Below are positions 13,120 to 27,579 of a stretch of DNA of 64,000 bases, one piece after another. Position 1 is the stretch's first letter; every line of letters starts with the position of its first letter. Both the position numbers and the translations under genes were made by a program. The notes under the pieces are model-generated. The model saw only the letters and a program-made list of their open reading frames with translations, searched no databases and had not been told where the DNA came from. This stretch comes from Eledone cirrhosa (Eukaryota): contig OZ024741.1 in NCBI GenBank assembly GCA_964016885.1, positions 353,090,001 to 353,154,000 of the forward strand, read 5' to 3'.

Positions 13120-13889
13120 TATAAAGCTGCAAGGTATATTTTGTGAAAATGGATCTTTAAATGAGTTTAATAATTTACAAACTAGGTCAAAACCTTTTTG
13201 CAGACACTCACACACAAACATACAGAAACTGTACACTTATAAACATGTAGATATAGATACAAACACTTACACAGTTTAACCTCGTATTTATAATGACTTG
13301 AAATTTTATTGTCAGCAGCTGGTTAAAACTATATATATATATGTGTGTGTGCTTTTAGTATGCATGTATGCATGCTCATCTGTGTGTATGTACGTACGTA
13401 TGTATGTTTGTATGTTTGTATGTATGCATATATATATATGCATGCATACTTGTATGTATGTGTGTGTATGTGTGTGTATGTGTACGCACATAAATAAAAC
13501 ACATAGAAAGTATGGCTCTGTCACACACCGAGACACATGGACACAAACACACACTCAAACACACACTCACACTCACATGCAGGATTCTATGAGTTAATAT
13601 GTTGTGTATCCTGAAAATATAGTAAATCTCAATTCATTTATTTTCAAAATCATCGAGACTTTTCCAAGTATTAAAACTTGTATATGAAAGATTACTATAA
13701 ACGACATAATATTAATATGAATACTCATTTCTACTTCATCCTTTTGATACCAAATTTCCCGAAACCCACCGTGGTTCTGTGATACAATGTTGTTTATGTT
13801 AAAGTGTTTTTATCTTTTTGAAAACTTTCCGTCATAAGTTTATGGAAGGACCTCTGTTAAGCTATATTCCAAACACAAGCTTAACAATG

Positions 13890-14086
13890 ATTTTTGATTT
13901 AGCCACAAGGCCAACAATTTGTTTCGGGGAAGTAAATTAAATCGACTCCAGTGCGTTACTGGTACTTTATTTTATCGACGCCGTAAGGATGAAATGTATC
14001 GCTAACCACGGTGGGATTTGAACTCAGAATGTAAAGGGCCGTAACTATATTTCGCAACGCACGTTGTTCGACGCTCTATCGATACT
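13890..14086 (-). mobile_element. SINE family A
   Basis: Reverse complement of the 880-1059 body (TTTTATCGAC..GGATGAAA..GGGATTTGAACTCAG). Confidence 0.75.
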
Positions 14087-14861
14087 CTCTTACACAAACT
14101 CAAAGATGAGAATCCTACAAATTCCTGATTCTTTTCAAAATTATTTGCAAATTATGGGCAGTGTCTTTCCTTACATATATGGTTATGAAAGATTGAAATA
14201 TTTGGTCTCTTCGATTCATTTATTACTGGTACGTATTACAATGTTAGCTGAGATACAAAAATCAATGTTGACCCTGTCAGAAACATGATAGATCAAACTA
14301 AATATAGCAATGCTTTGAATGGGGAAATGTATTTATATGTTTTTCTACCTAGCTATTTTCGATTCACTGCTGAATTAATCCTCTGCAACTATACTGATTT
14401 TAGGACTGCATATTCACTCATGTGAAATGTGGCTTGGACAGTGTGTCGTATTTGAAATCAGAATGCAAACTGCTGGAACAGATTTCACAAAGCATTTATA
14501 AAATGTCCACTAATCCACCGGCTCTGAACAACTACTTTATTTATAAACCACAAAAGGATGAACAGTGGAATTTGAACTCGGAGTAAGAATTTGAACTCAG
14601 AGTAAATACCAGAAAACATTTCACCCGATGCTCCAACAATCCCACTCATCCATCAGTTATGGACTGTTAATTTTTTTACTCTAAAAGCATTAACGGCAGA
14701 GTGAAGTTTGATGGGATTTGAAATAAAATTGGCCTCACTACACGACTCATATATTTTCTTGACCATGAAATAAACAACGGAATTGTTGACTGCTTTAGAA
14801 CCGGAGCAAATGCCACAAGACATTTGTTCTGTTTCCTTAACGATTTCACCTTTCTCTATGA

Positions 14862-14910
<49 letters not shown>

Positions 14911-15002
14911 TGTTTCTTCTTTTGGCACAAGGCCAGCAATTATCCCAGTGCATTACTGATACTTTATTTTATCGACCCCGTAAGGATGAAAGGTAAAGTT
15001 AA
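14911..15002 (-). mobile_element. SINE family A, 3' fragment next to (AAT)n
   Basis: GGCACAAGGCCAGCAATT...ATCGACCCCGTAAGGATGAAAGG. Confidence 0.75.
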
Positions 15003-15069
15003 TAGTGAAATAATGACTACCTACAGTATTTTTCATAATAAAGTTGATAAAATATACTGAAATAGTTCT

Positions 15070-16045
15070 GAAGGTGGGAGAGGTCTTATCAGTGTGGAGG
15101 ATTCTGTTCAGATGGAGAAGAGCTGTTTACACAAATATGTATCTTTGAGTAATGCTTAAGGCGACAATAGACCAGGGGATGTCCAAAGAAAAAGAAACAA
15201 CAACCTGAATAAATAGCCGTTCATAGCATCATTTGGAAGAAAACAGAATTCAAAGATCTGCAGACATGGGACTGGTTAAAGAAAGGGACATTAAGAAAAC
15301 TACAGAGGAGATGCTACTGGCTGCACAAGAATAAGCCATTAGAACGAAGTGGATGAAACATCATATTGACAAGGAGGCGGCTAGCCGGCTCTGTACCATC
15401 TGTGAAGAGAGAAAAGGGGGAAACTGTTGCTCATATCGTATCCAAGTGTAAACACATAGCCCAGGCTCATTATAAAGGATGGAGACATATTATCATAGAA
15501 TAAGTGATCTACTGGCATTTATGCAAACTGAATAATTTACCCCATTCTGAGAAATGGTATGAGCCTAAGCCAGAGTCGGTGATAGAAAACGATGGGGTGA
15601 AGGTGGTGTGAGATTTCAGAATTCAAACTGACAAAGAATTAGAACACAATAGGTCTGACCTGGTGGTTTTTGACAAGGGAAACATATCTTGCTTGGTTAC
15701 AGATGTAGCTTGTCCCTTTGGCACAACAGTGCAAGAAAAGGAGAAGGCGGGGAATTAACCGATACAAGGATCTAGAGTGGGAACTGAAATGGATTTGGAC
15801 TGTCATGAGATCAAAGTCGTCCCGATTGTCATAGGAGCACTATGTACTATCTCGAAGAGTTTCCAAGGCTAGTTAAAGAAAATTAGCTCAGTCCCCGTTT
15901 TTTTTAACTCTTCAACGGCATGCCTACTGGGAATGACAAGGACGCTCTGATACGTCGTGGATATCTGAGGCTGCAGGTAGCGGCTTGATGCTCATTAGGG
16001 AAACTTTTCCGTTTAAATATCATCAATGACTGAGACTCCAAGAAA
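15070..16045 (+). mobile_element. R4/Dong-like non-LTR retrotransposon 3' fragment (Zn knuckle + restriction-like endonuclease), decayed
   Basis: Manual translation across stops and frameshifts: GGRGL, LLAAQE*AIRT, CTIC..ETVAHIVSKC, WYEPKPESVIEND, DFRIQTDKELEHNRSDLVV, DVACP, VVPIVIGAL. Ends at (AAT)n. Confidence 0.8.
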
Positions 16046-16056
16046 ATAATAATAAT

Positions 16057-16172
16057 TGTTTCTACTTTTGGCACAAGCCCAGCAATCACCCAGTACATTA
16101 CTGGTACTTTATTTTATCGACCCCGTAAGGATGAAAGGCAAAGTTAACCTCGGTAGGATTCGAACTCAGATC
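16057..16172 (-). mobile_element. SINE family A fragment
   Basis: Matches the family A body up to the B-box. Confidence 0.75.
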
Positions 16173-16296
16173 ATAAAGAGTCACAATCATTTAAGTACTG
16201 AATACATAATAAAACAGTATATACCATTTGAATATACGTTCTACTACACTTTAATAACAGATATATGAAGTTAGTCAACTTAATGCACACACACCG

Positions 16297-16431
<135 letters not shown>

Positions 16432-16579
16432 GCATACATATATACATACACGAACGCATGTATATATATATATACACACACCTATATACATATATATAAC
16501 ACTGACACGTGTTTCTTTGCATGTGTTACATAATCACTCTAAAATAATTGATTACATTAATGGAAACAGAATACTACTA

Positions 16580-16771
<192 letters not shown>

Positions 16772-17404
16772 TATATACACACACACACACAGTGAATGGG
16801 TGATTATTAAATTTTGACTGACCTTTGTCTCACCTTGTTGATATAGGAGACAATGGTAGAATGTTTAGCAGTAATATTTCAAAACTATATTGCAACAAAT
16901 GTTTTGATATCAATAAAAAATTGTCTTCTCGAGATCATATGTATTGTGTTTCCTGAAACATTTTTTCTTTTTACTGTCTAGTCTGTTTTTAGTTTGTTTT
17001 TTAGATGTTATGCTAATTCTACAGGGAGGCATTTTATTTCAATAGAAGTGGTTTAGTGTGGTATGGGTCTGTAATTCCTAACGGTGTCGTAGGAGCGCCG
17101 CAATGACATACGGCGTTTCTTGGACATTTAAAGCCAGGCTTGAATATAGCAGAAATATATACACATAAGAATATGTGAATGGGCATGTGTGTATGTAAAA
17201 ATGTATGTATGCATGTACAAATGTATGTATATATGTATGGTCATGTAACTCCTGACAGAGTGGTAGGGGCACTGTATTGACATGCGGCGTTTCTTGTGTA
17301 TTTTCAGCCTGGCGGAGCCCATCCCTCTCCAGGCCCGAGTACAGCAGATTTCTTCCAGTGAAGTATAGAACGTGACAGAGAGGAAGCGAGAAAGAGACAT
17401 AGGG

Positions 17405-17566
17405 GTTGAATCGACTACAGTACAAGACGGGTACTTTTTTATCGCCTTCGAAAGGATGAAAAGCAAAGTTGACCTCGGTGGGATTTGAACTGAGAGAGCA
17501 GAGAGCCGGAACGAATGCCATACAGCACATTGTCCGATGTTCTAACGACTTTGCCAATTTGCAGCC
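17405..17566 (-). mobile_element. SINE family A-related copy
   Basis: GGATGAAAAGCAAAGTTGACCTCGG..GATTTGAACT...CTAACGACTTTGCCAA. Confidence 0.7.
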
Positions 17567-17763
17567 GTTTCAATAGAAATAGACACGGTATATAAGAGGT
17601 ACATATATTCAGAAATTATGGAAAGGTGATCATGAGAAGCCATTTATTCCTACAAAGTAATAACAATATTTTAACTGAAATATGCGAAATACCAAACAAA
17701 TATTTCCATCTTCTTGTTTTTGCTTCTTCCTCTCATTTCCATTTCTATCTCGTTGATCATACA

Positions 17764-17792
17764 TGATGATGATGATCAGGATCATCATCATC

Positions 17793-17824
<32 letters not shown>

Positions 17825-17999
17825 CTTCATCATCATCCTCATCATCATCATCATCACCTTCACTTTCTTCTGATGGTCATATCTTCTTCTTCTTCTTCTT
17901 CTTCTTCTTCTTCTTCTTCTTCTTCTTCTTCTTCTTCTTCTTCTTCTTCTTCTTCTTCTTCTTCTTCTTCTTCTTCTTCTTCTTCTTCTTCTTCTTCTT
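17764..17999. repeat. (CAT)n and (TCT)n microsatellites
   Basis: Direct reading of the sequence. Confidence 0.95.
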
Positions 18000-18240
18000 G
18001 TGTCTCCATTGATTTTGATGATAACCATTCCAGTCTTTCAATCAGTTACAACCCGCCCCCAAACATAAACACACATACACCCCATACGCATACACCCCTA
18101 CACACATTCCCCCATATGTATATGTAATGACAACGCCTACATAAAACTTCTGATAATATAATAGAGAATATGCACCATGATGAAAAAAAACTATGAAACT
18201 GTTACTTCTTTAAATGTCCAATTAATGCCAAATATGAAAG

Positions 18241-18313
<73 letters not shown>

Positions 18314-18481
18314 TTTGAGTATATATTGGTTGTTTACCGACACCTCAGTATGCAGATTGGAGCACTCGACGAAGTTCCTCAGAGAAATAACAAAACAACC
18401 AGGAGCTGGACATATCGATGTATTGACGGAGTAAAACACACTTCAACAACATGTGTACCTGTCTTTCCCACACCATTTCGG

Positions 18482-18536
18482 ACTGCCTGAAGAGGTCACA
18501 GCCAATGATGGCTCTCACCGAAATATATATAGTAGT
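18482..18536 (+). ncRNA. Type I minimal hammerhead ribozyme
   Basis: ACTGC-CTGAAGA-GGTcAcAGCCA(ATGA)TGGCTcTcACC-GAAA-TATATA-TA-GTAGT, with palindromic stem III. Confidence 0.8.
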
Positions 18537-18587
18537 ATATCTATAATTTATAATAAACGAAGTCAAATTTTACATATTTGACTTAAT

Positions 18588-18624
<37 letters not shown>

Positions 18625-18751
18625 GTAGGAAGTGAGTTTTATTGTAGCACAATAAAGCAATGCAAATATCGGATAAGTAGCACTCAACAGTTTATAGGAC
18701 TGGAGTATAAATAATATAAAATCAAAAGATGGTTAAAAGAGTTCCATGTAT

Positions 18752-18816
18752 TTTATTATGCGCATTTCAAAAATAAATATCATCATGGGATGATATTTGC
18801 GTTCTCATCAGATAAA
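18752..18816 (-). ncRNA. Type I minimal hammerhead ribozyme (mirror copy)
   Basis: Reverse complement of 18935-18999. Confidence 0.75.
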
Positions 18817-18934
18817 TTAGGGAGACATGATATGAAGCTTAAAAAACACTTGCGAGCAGTGAAGTGTTAAATATGTTGATTTAACACTTCACTGCTCGCA
18901 AGTGTTTTTTAAGCTTCATATCATGTCTCCCTAA

Positions 18935-18999
18935 TTTATCTGATGAGAACGCAAATATCATCCCATGATGATATTTATTTTTGAAATGCGCATAATAAA
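18935..18999 (+). ncRNA. Type I minimal hammerhead ribozyme
   Basis: TTTAT-CTGATGA-gaacgcAAATATCATC(CCAT)GATGATATTTattttt-GAAA-TGCGCA-TA-ATAAA. Confidence 0.75.
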
Positions 19000-19118
19000 A
19001 TACATGGAACTCTTTTAACCATCTTTTGATTTTATATTATTTATATATATAAATGGCTTCTACAGGACTTATGTAGTGAGTACCTCACTTACTGTGGTTA
19101 CCCCTGTTTGAACCCGGG

Positions 19119-19223
<105 letters not shown>

Positions 19224-19314
19224 AATCAGGATGGATTCAGTTTGAAACTGGTTACACCATTCCTCACCTGAGTACTCGATACTTGGGGTAGTAGTGTATA
19301 GTTATATTATAAAG

Positions 19315-19360
19315 AGTCGGGACCCTGACGGCTGAACTCTTGCCGTTTCAACAGCTAGTT
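19315..19360 (-). repeat. HHR family B 3'-half fragment
   Basis: Minus strand TAGCTGTTGAAACGGCAAGAGTTCAGCCGTCAGGGTCCCGACT. Confidence 0.65.
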
Positions 19361-19751
19361 TCATGCTGGCATGGGTGTGGCGAGAGAGATTTGAGGCACG
19401 AATATCCTTCCTGACATGAATCTTTTTTTTTGTTTGTTTTTAGGTAAGGTAGTGAACTTTCTATGTTATACTGCTGAACCATATCATTTTATGTTGGATA
19501 TATGTATATATATATATGTGTGTGTATGTGTGTATGTGTTGGATGGGGGGGGGGGGGGGTAGTGGTGTATCTGTGTGTATGTAGCTCTGCATGTCTGAGC
19601 TAAGGCGAAACAGTAACAATCAAACCACCAACAACAATAATAGCATAAATCCGTGAAACTTCAAAATCAAATAGAAAATATAAGAGAAATATATATATAT
19701 ATATATATATACATACATACTTACACACACACACACACACATATATATATA

Positions 19752-19855
19752 CAAAAGGCAAACAGAAATAACAAAAGAAACGACAGTACAATGAAGAAAT
19801 ACATTATTAGTTTTACGCTTGATATAGTAGGAAAAAAGTTTTAACGTTTCGGACA
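19752..19855 (-). repeat. Truncated copy of the HHR element at 56455-56590
   Basis: Minus strand GTCCGAAACGTTAAAACTTTTTTCCTACTATATCAAGCGTAAAACTAATAAT matches 56488-56540. Confidence 0.75.
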
Positions 19856-19885
19856 TATAATATATATGTATATATATATATATAC

Positions 19886-19981
<96 letters not shown>

Positions 19982-20469
19982 CCAAGTCTATTTAAAGAAT
20001 GGAAGTGAACAAATGATCTGTAAATAAATAGTAATTATGAAAAAAAAAAAAAATCAAAATCTATATACATACGAGCAAGTGTAGCTAAACCTAATTTTAT
20101 ATTATATTCGCTTATTCATTTTTCAGATTTTTTTCCAACCCCTACGCTCTTATTCCAACCATCTAACTTATTAAATTTTGGTAATGTAGCTCCGGCGGAA
20201 TTTTCTTTTAAGTGGATGTATTCCTGCTACATTTATACATTAAAAACATCATACACGACCAAAAGGTATATTACCTGAAATCCCATACGTTATAAAAGAA
20301 ATAGTATGGGTTGGGGTCTCAATATGTAAACTAAACAACTAATTCTGGTTTTTAAAAGAAATAACGGAGACAATCTAGAAAAATTACCGATTTTCCACCC
20401 ACCATACTTATTCCAACTCACCCTTTTATTTGGGATCCGAGAGTATATCTTGATATGATATTATTTTTG

Positions 20470-20648
20470 GATTGGCAGTATCGGTAGAGGGTCGGACGCC
20501 ATACTTTGGCGCATAGAGTTACGGCCCTTACCCTTCTGAGTTTAAATGCCGCCGAGGTTAACTTTGCCTTTCATCCTTACGGGGTCGATAAAATAAAGTA
20601 CCAGTAATGCGCTGGGTTATTGCTGGCCTTGTGCCAAAAGTAGAAACA
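20470..20648 (+). mobile_element. SINE family A with 10-bp TSD
   Basis: Full body. ATTATTTTTG at 20460-20469 and 20649-20658. Confidence 0.85.
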
Positions 20649-21083
20649 ATTATTTTTGCACATATAATCTTAAATAGTTGGTTTCACCATTCAGATTGTT
20701 TAAAATTGAGTTTCATTTGTTTATTCTTATGATCTCTCAACTGCACCAATAGTCGATGTACCTTTCTCTGTCTGTCTGCCTGTCTGCCTGTCTGCCTGTC
20801 TGCCTGTCTGCCTGTCTGCCTGTCTGCTTGATTGTCAGTCTGTCAGTCTGTCATGTTCTCTTCTCTCTCACTGTATCTCCCTTTGCCTATTTCAATTTAT
20901 ATCCGTTTCAATATAAATGACATATGTGTTTGTGTGTGTGTGTGTGCGCGTGTGCGTGTGCGTGTGTGTGTATGTGTGTGCGCGCCGGTGCACACACACA
21001 CGATCATGGACAACATTGCTTTTTCATATATATATATATATATTCATATATATTTATATATACATATATATTCACATATATTC

Positions 21084-21133
<50 letters not shown>

Positions 21134-21140
21134 GTATATA

Positions 21141-21235
<95 letters not shown>

Positions 21236-21685
21236 ATATATATGTGTGTGTGTGTGTGACAAACTGAGTCATAGGTTGGCATCCCAGTATAGCTTTTATA
21301 TCAATAGGTTGAAAGGAAAATCTTCACAACATACCGAAGCATCATGTCATGAATATTCACCATAACATGAATGTAATATGATGAGTTTTAGCATCAAGAG
21401 TCGCACAACCAGATTATTATATTAAGTGTTATCTAAAGCTTTAAACATTACCTGTTATAGCTTTAATATACCCACGAAATTGGTCATGCAAAAAACCTTT
21501 AGACTATCACATATGCTTATGTGGAATATACAGACATGTGTGAGCACGTGGCGTCCATTTTCCTTGCAACGCAATGGATGAAAGTACACATCCCGAGCTC
21601 GTTTTTGAAGGATTGATTTGCAATGGGATGACTACTTGCACACAGGATTTCAGTGCATATACTTTAAACAAGACACCCCCATCAC

Positions 21686-21718
<33 letters not shown>

Positions 21719-22586
21719 TGTATGTATGTATGTATGTATGTATGTATGTATGTATGTATGTATGTACGTATGTATGTATGTATATTTACTTGGTGAGGAG
21801 GGTGATTTTGGACACCCTGCAGAACAAAAACAAAATCTGACAAACGGCGGAAGAACTCATAAGAGTCAACGGCCATCCAAAAATGTGTAAATATGTGTAT
21901 ACATATATACATGTGTATATATATATATATGTATATATATGTATATATGTGTGTATACTTGTATGAAAATGTATATATATATATATGCGCGGAGACATAG
22001 AAATAATCGGGCTGGATACCTGATCGCGCGGTAAAACCACTGGGAGTGCAGGACCCCTAAGCTTTGTCAGGGCATTTTTCTAGGAGAAGGCAACTCAGGA
22101 AACTGGGATAACTCCGACATAAGACATGCGGCTCAGTAGTTACCGATGATGTTGATCTTTTCTTCTTTTTGGGTTAGATACTGTCGCCGAGAGAGTGGGA
22201 TTGTCTCAGTGCAGTCTTTTCTCATTTTAAAAAGAATCTTCACACACAGGCATTGCACAATATTATTAATTGATAATTATTAATAATGTTATATCGTCCA
22301 ATGGCAATACTCGGTAACGAGGGGGCAGCCATCATGTATTTATGAATGTATTTATGTATGTATATATGTATGTATATATGTAGGTATGTATGCATGTATT
22401 TTCCACTTTCTTTCTTTTTTTAATCACATCTATTTTTCTAGTTTCTCTTCAAACTCTAATTTTATGTTACGATAAATGACAAACGCCCGAAACGTTAAGG
22501 CTGTTTTCGAACTATATTCAGCGTGAAATTAATATATAACTTCATTGTAGTGTATTGTTCTCCTGAGTTGCATTTTTGTTGACTTT

Positions 22587-22639
<53 letters not shown>

Positions 22640-22673
22640 CATATATATATACACACACACACACACATATACA

Positions 22674-22764
<91 letters not shown>

Positions 22765-23204
22765 TAAATGTTATTATATTATCATATTATAAATGTGCAC
22801 ATTTTATATCACAATAGACGCATTATTTCATAGAACTTTATTTCCTGCCTATTCTTTTATATTATAATATCAAGTGCTTTCTCTTATTCTTCCATAACCA
22901 TTATAGTGCAGTGATATTTCTCATTATCAGACACAATTCCCAACACTATTATACTACAATAAAAATATTCTCTATGTAAATAACATTTTTATTTCACGTA
23001 GCACTTTTTTCTCTTACTCTAGCTATATCACTTATGTATACACGATTTATGGTATAATAACCACACCTAATATAACAATTCCTCATCCAACCCTATATAT
23101 ATCTCATTTTCTAAAAGTATATATATATATATATTCATATACATATATAATGTATATATATGTGTGTGTACATCTATATATGTGTGTGTACATCTATATA
23201 TTTG

Positions 23205-23273
<69 letters not shown>

Positions 23274-23303
23274 ATATATATATATATACAAATATATATA
23301 TAA

Positions 23304-23385
<82 letters not shown>

Positions 23386-23968
23386 GTATATATAATAATA
23401 CATATACAGGTAGATACATATATATGAAAGTAAATATATATATATATGTGTGTGTATGTATATACATACATATACATGTATCTATGAATCTATCTATCTC
23501 TCTCTCTCCCTATATATATATATATATACATATATATTTACATTAATATCAAGATCCCCAACAATAAGTCATTAATAGAGATTTATACAAAATCATATCC
23601 ACTAGATTGATTCTTTGTACATGTTGATATCTCTCATAGTTGCATATGTTCCAGCAGTAAATCTTCCATATTTATTATATATCCTTTTGTAATTTTTCTT
23701 GTCCCCTCTTCTTTGTAATGTTCCCTAGTGTTACTTTATTTATTTATATATTCATTTATATAATTATGTATTTATAGCCACTGGAACTACTGGAAAAGGA
23801 AGGGATATTGTCATTAAAAACTGAAAATTAACAGGACTTCAAGATGGCAGCTGATGAAAATATTTCTCATATTTGCAGCTACTTCGCTTCATTTACTTGT
23901 CCTCTCGTTTTACTTTCCTGAATCTCAAGCACAACGCCTTTCAAACACACACACATACACACACGGAG

Positions 23969-24008
<40 letters not shown>

Positions 24009-25057
24009 GCGCACATACACACGCACGCACACACACGCACGCACATACGCGCGCGCACACACACACACACACACTTATATACCCACGTAACTGTCAACTT
24101 AATTTAAAAACAAAAAGATTAATGATAATAATGGTAATAATAATTATTATGATGATGATGATGATTTTAATAATATTAATAATAATAATGTGCATATAAA
24201 TATGTATATTAAATGTATATATGTATGTATATGAATATATGTTTACATATATATATATATATACATACACATATACATATACATACATATATACATATAC
24301 ATTTACATATACAGATACATACATATATACATACATACATGAGGGCTGCAGCTCGATTTCGAGTAATGCCATCGTTTGATACTTAAGCATCAACATCTTG
24401 GATGTGGCTTTTTAGTCCTGCTAGGGACTTGCCTATGGCCAGCAATACCATGAATCGCAAAAAATGTCACATATCAATCGACGCATGTGCTTGAAGCGTC
24501 AAACACATATATACATACATACATACATACATACATACATACATACATACATACATACATACATACATACATACATTCATCCATACATACAAATACATAT
24601 TTTTTTCCTATAAATTAACACACATAAGCCAATATCTTCACTGGATGAGTAGCCAGCAGTCACAAAACTCCAGAACCAGTAGAGATAATCAAAGAAAGTT
24701 TATCTTTAATGTTGAATATCAATTTTTAAAATAATTATGATTTCTTTTTTGTTTTCTGGGTTTATGCAATTATTTCTTATTGTTGTGTATTTATAAATAT
24801 TGTATGAAGAGTTTTTGCAAGTCTTTCCCACACATCATCTCATACAAAAATGACATTGTACAAACACACTAATCTTGCGTCTCTATTCAAATTTAAAACA
24901 TTATTATTATTGGTATTATTATTCCATTTCTACTTCAGAATTTTGTTATTTTGCCGGCGTTGGATTACTCCATATCAAACTACATCACACAGCCTCAAAT
25001 CTTTGGTACCTTCCTCGTGTTTTGTTTTACTGTGCATAGCTTTTTAGACGGTACATT

Positions 25058-25228
25058 GGGGGAATCGTTAAAATGGCGGACCCTTATGTTCTGAGATCAA
25101 ATCCAACCGAGGTCAACTTTGCTTTTCATCTTTCCAAGGTTGATAAAATAAAGTACAAGTTAAGAACATGGGACAATCTAACCAACTTTCCCCTCCCCAT
25201 AAATTGCTGTCCTTGTGTCTGAATAAGA
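25058..25228 (+). mobile_element. SINE family A-related, degenerate
   Basis: CTGAGATCAAATCC..GAGGTCAACTTTGCTTTTCATC..GATAAAATAAAGTAC. Confidence 0.65.
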
Positions 25229-25357
25229 AATCATCATTATTAGTATTTTTATTCTTATTATCATTTTCGTAAAAACGCAATGAGGTACAAAATAATGGAT
25301 ACTTGAAATGATTATACTTGTGCTGGTAACATGGATGCAGTATGCTATAATCTAAAG

Positions 25358-25669
25358 CAGTGTTTCCCAACCTTTTTCATGCCCGCACTCCTAAAAGTTT
25401 TTCAAATATGTTCTCGCACCCCTTAAAAAAGCAATAATTTATTTTAGAATAAAGAAGACGAATTAATACTAAATTTGAGCCACAAATTTATATAATCTAA
25501 ATGTTTAATAATATGTAAACAAAAATGAAATATGGAAAAGAAAAAAATATTGTAACAAATTGAAATTTGAATAATACTATTAATAAAAACCAAAATACTG
25601 AAATGTTATCTCGCACCCACTGGAATGCTATCTCGCACCCCTGTGAGCACCCCTGGTTTGGAAACTCTG
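25358..25669. mobile_element. hAT (Charlie-like) MITE
   Basis: Terminal inverted repeats CAGTGTTTCCCAACC / GGTTTGGAAACTCTG. 8-bp TSD ATCTAAAG at 25350-25357 and 25670-25677. Subterminal TCTCGCACCC repeats. Confidence 0.9.
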
Positions 25670-25677
25670 ATCTAAAG

Positions 25678-25954
25678 CCTAAAATCTGTCTTAAGCGAGA
25701 AGGCTCGGTAGGACGATAGTTATCCCTGTTTCATGGCGTGAAGCGACTGAGAGTACAATACTCACCCTTGGACAAGACGCAAGTCAATCGCAGGGTTAAA
25801 CCATTGCTGGTATTCATTTTTAGCTGAGTATACTGGAGCATTGTGAAATGAAGAACTTGGCTCAGGAACACAACATGCAACCCAGCCCAGGAATTGAACA
25901 CATAACATTATGATCCTAAGTCCAACACCTTTACCACTAGGCCACGCACCTCCA
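25678..25954 (-). mobile_element. tRNA-derived SINE with Meta-like central domain
   Basis: Head TGGCCTAGTGG..GTTCAATTCC and AACCCTGCGATTGACT..GTCCAAGGG..AGTCGCTTCACGCC. 14-bp flanking duplication CAGTATGCTATAAT at 25338-25351 and 25955-25968. Confidence 0.7.
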
Positions 25955-26169
25955 CAGTATGCTATAATGAGTACTAAATTAACCTGGTTATTCCCCGATA
26001 GCACAATCAATGCTGGTCGACATCGCAAGAGAAGCGATATTGTTGGAAAGTGCCCAAATCATTGTGATCTCCAGGACACAGGTCTGAAGTGAATGTCCTG
26101 CAGTGCATGCTTTATGTAAAACACAGACACACGCACATACAGCAGCAACAATACAATTTTCTAAATAAG

Positions 26170-26206
<37 letters not shown>

Positions 26207-26339
26207 TTTCCCCTTTTAACCGACGAATGAAGCGGCAATAACATCAGCTTGCTTCGGGAAATTCTGAGTGCCTAGGAAGCCGGTTTGCCCTGTAACACGC
26301 ACACACACACACATATATATATACATATATATATACATA

Positions 26340-26502
26340 TAGGAGCGGCTTCCGCACAGTTTATATCAACTAAATTTCGTTGAAAGGCGTTCATCAAACA
26401 GACTATTGTACGAGATACTTTTACAAAGTACCACAGAGTGGAATTGAACCTGATACCATATAAATGTGACACAAAATCCTTTAACCTCACCACACTGCCT
26501 TC
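26340..26502 (-). mobile_element. CORE-like SINE, degenerate
   Basis: Minus strand GGCAGTGTGGTGAGG..GGTTCAATTCCACT..TTTGTAAAAGTATCT. A related copy lies at ~28385-28530. Confidence 0.5.
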
Positions 26503-26526
26503 GCCTATATATATATATATAGAGAG

Positions 26527-26632
26527 AGAGTGGATGTCCCCTAAAATGTATACCCACGTCAACAGCATTCTAATAAATATTGTCTTTACAAGTAATCAAT
26601 GTGTGTATAAATTTTTTGGGGGACACCTTGTG
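26527..26632. mobile_element. Tiny Tc1/mariner-like MITE remnant
   Basis: Imperfect terminal inverted repeats TGTCCCCTAAAATGTATACCCAC / GTGTGTATAAATTTTTTGGGGGACA. Confidence 0.45.
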
Positions 26633-27539
26633 TGTGTATATATATATGTGTGTGTGTTTGTGTGTGTTTATTTGTGCGTGTGTGCGTATCTATGTTTATG
26701 CATATGAAAATATATATATATGTGTGTGTGTGTGCGTGTGTGCGCGCCCGTGTGTGTAAACACACATCTATACGGTTAAAAGATAAATGAACATATTTGT
26801 TTGTCATTTCAATAATTTTCCTTCTATTTTGTTTTTCTTGTTCCACTTTGTCCAAAACACAAAGAAAACATTACCAAGGAATTGTCATAAACGTCTTTTA
26901 TTTTATCATTTTACTCATCCTTCAAATATCTTTTTCTTCATGACTCTCATTTAACTCAACGATCCATTATTCCTTCGTACACAGTTTTCTTTTTAAAAGA
27001 AATCTATTTAATAAATTTAATAAATTCCCAGTTTTTAGATTGGCCGCATTCTCTGACAATGTTTTTATTAACGATTGCAAAAATAGATTTTCCCTCTTCA
27101 CATCAATAATATGTAGTTGTTAAAATAGAAAATGTTTGTTTTGGGATAAAAGCAATGAGTGGTTGTGTCTATATATGTGAGTGTAGATCTGTATGTATGT
27201 AAGCATGTATGTATGTATGTATGTATGTATGTATGTATGTATGTATGTATGTATGTATGTATGTATGTATGTATGGAAGTATGTATGTATGTATGGAAGT
27301 ATGTATGGAAGTATGTATGTATGTATGTATGTATGTAAGTATGCATGTATGTATGGAAGTATATATATATGATGTATGTATGGAAGTATGCATATATGGA
27401 AGTATGTATGTATGGTATTTATGCATGTGTTTATGTATGTGAGTGTGTGTTTCTGTTTATATATAAAATTTATACTAAGAATAAACCAGCATTTGGACAT
27501 GATTTATTTTCAAACGTAATCAGACTAGCAAGACATCGT

Positions 27540-27579
<40 letters not shown>

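Larger units (their letters stand above)
18706..19045. repeat. Perfect 167-bp-arm palindrome carrying two divergent HHRs
   Basis: 18706-18872 is the reverse complement of 18879-19045, with spacer ATGTTG. Confidence 0.9.

Noticed and set aside
25984-26100. Candidate minus-strand exon with AG/GT borders
   Set aside because: Stops occur in all three frames.
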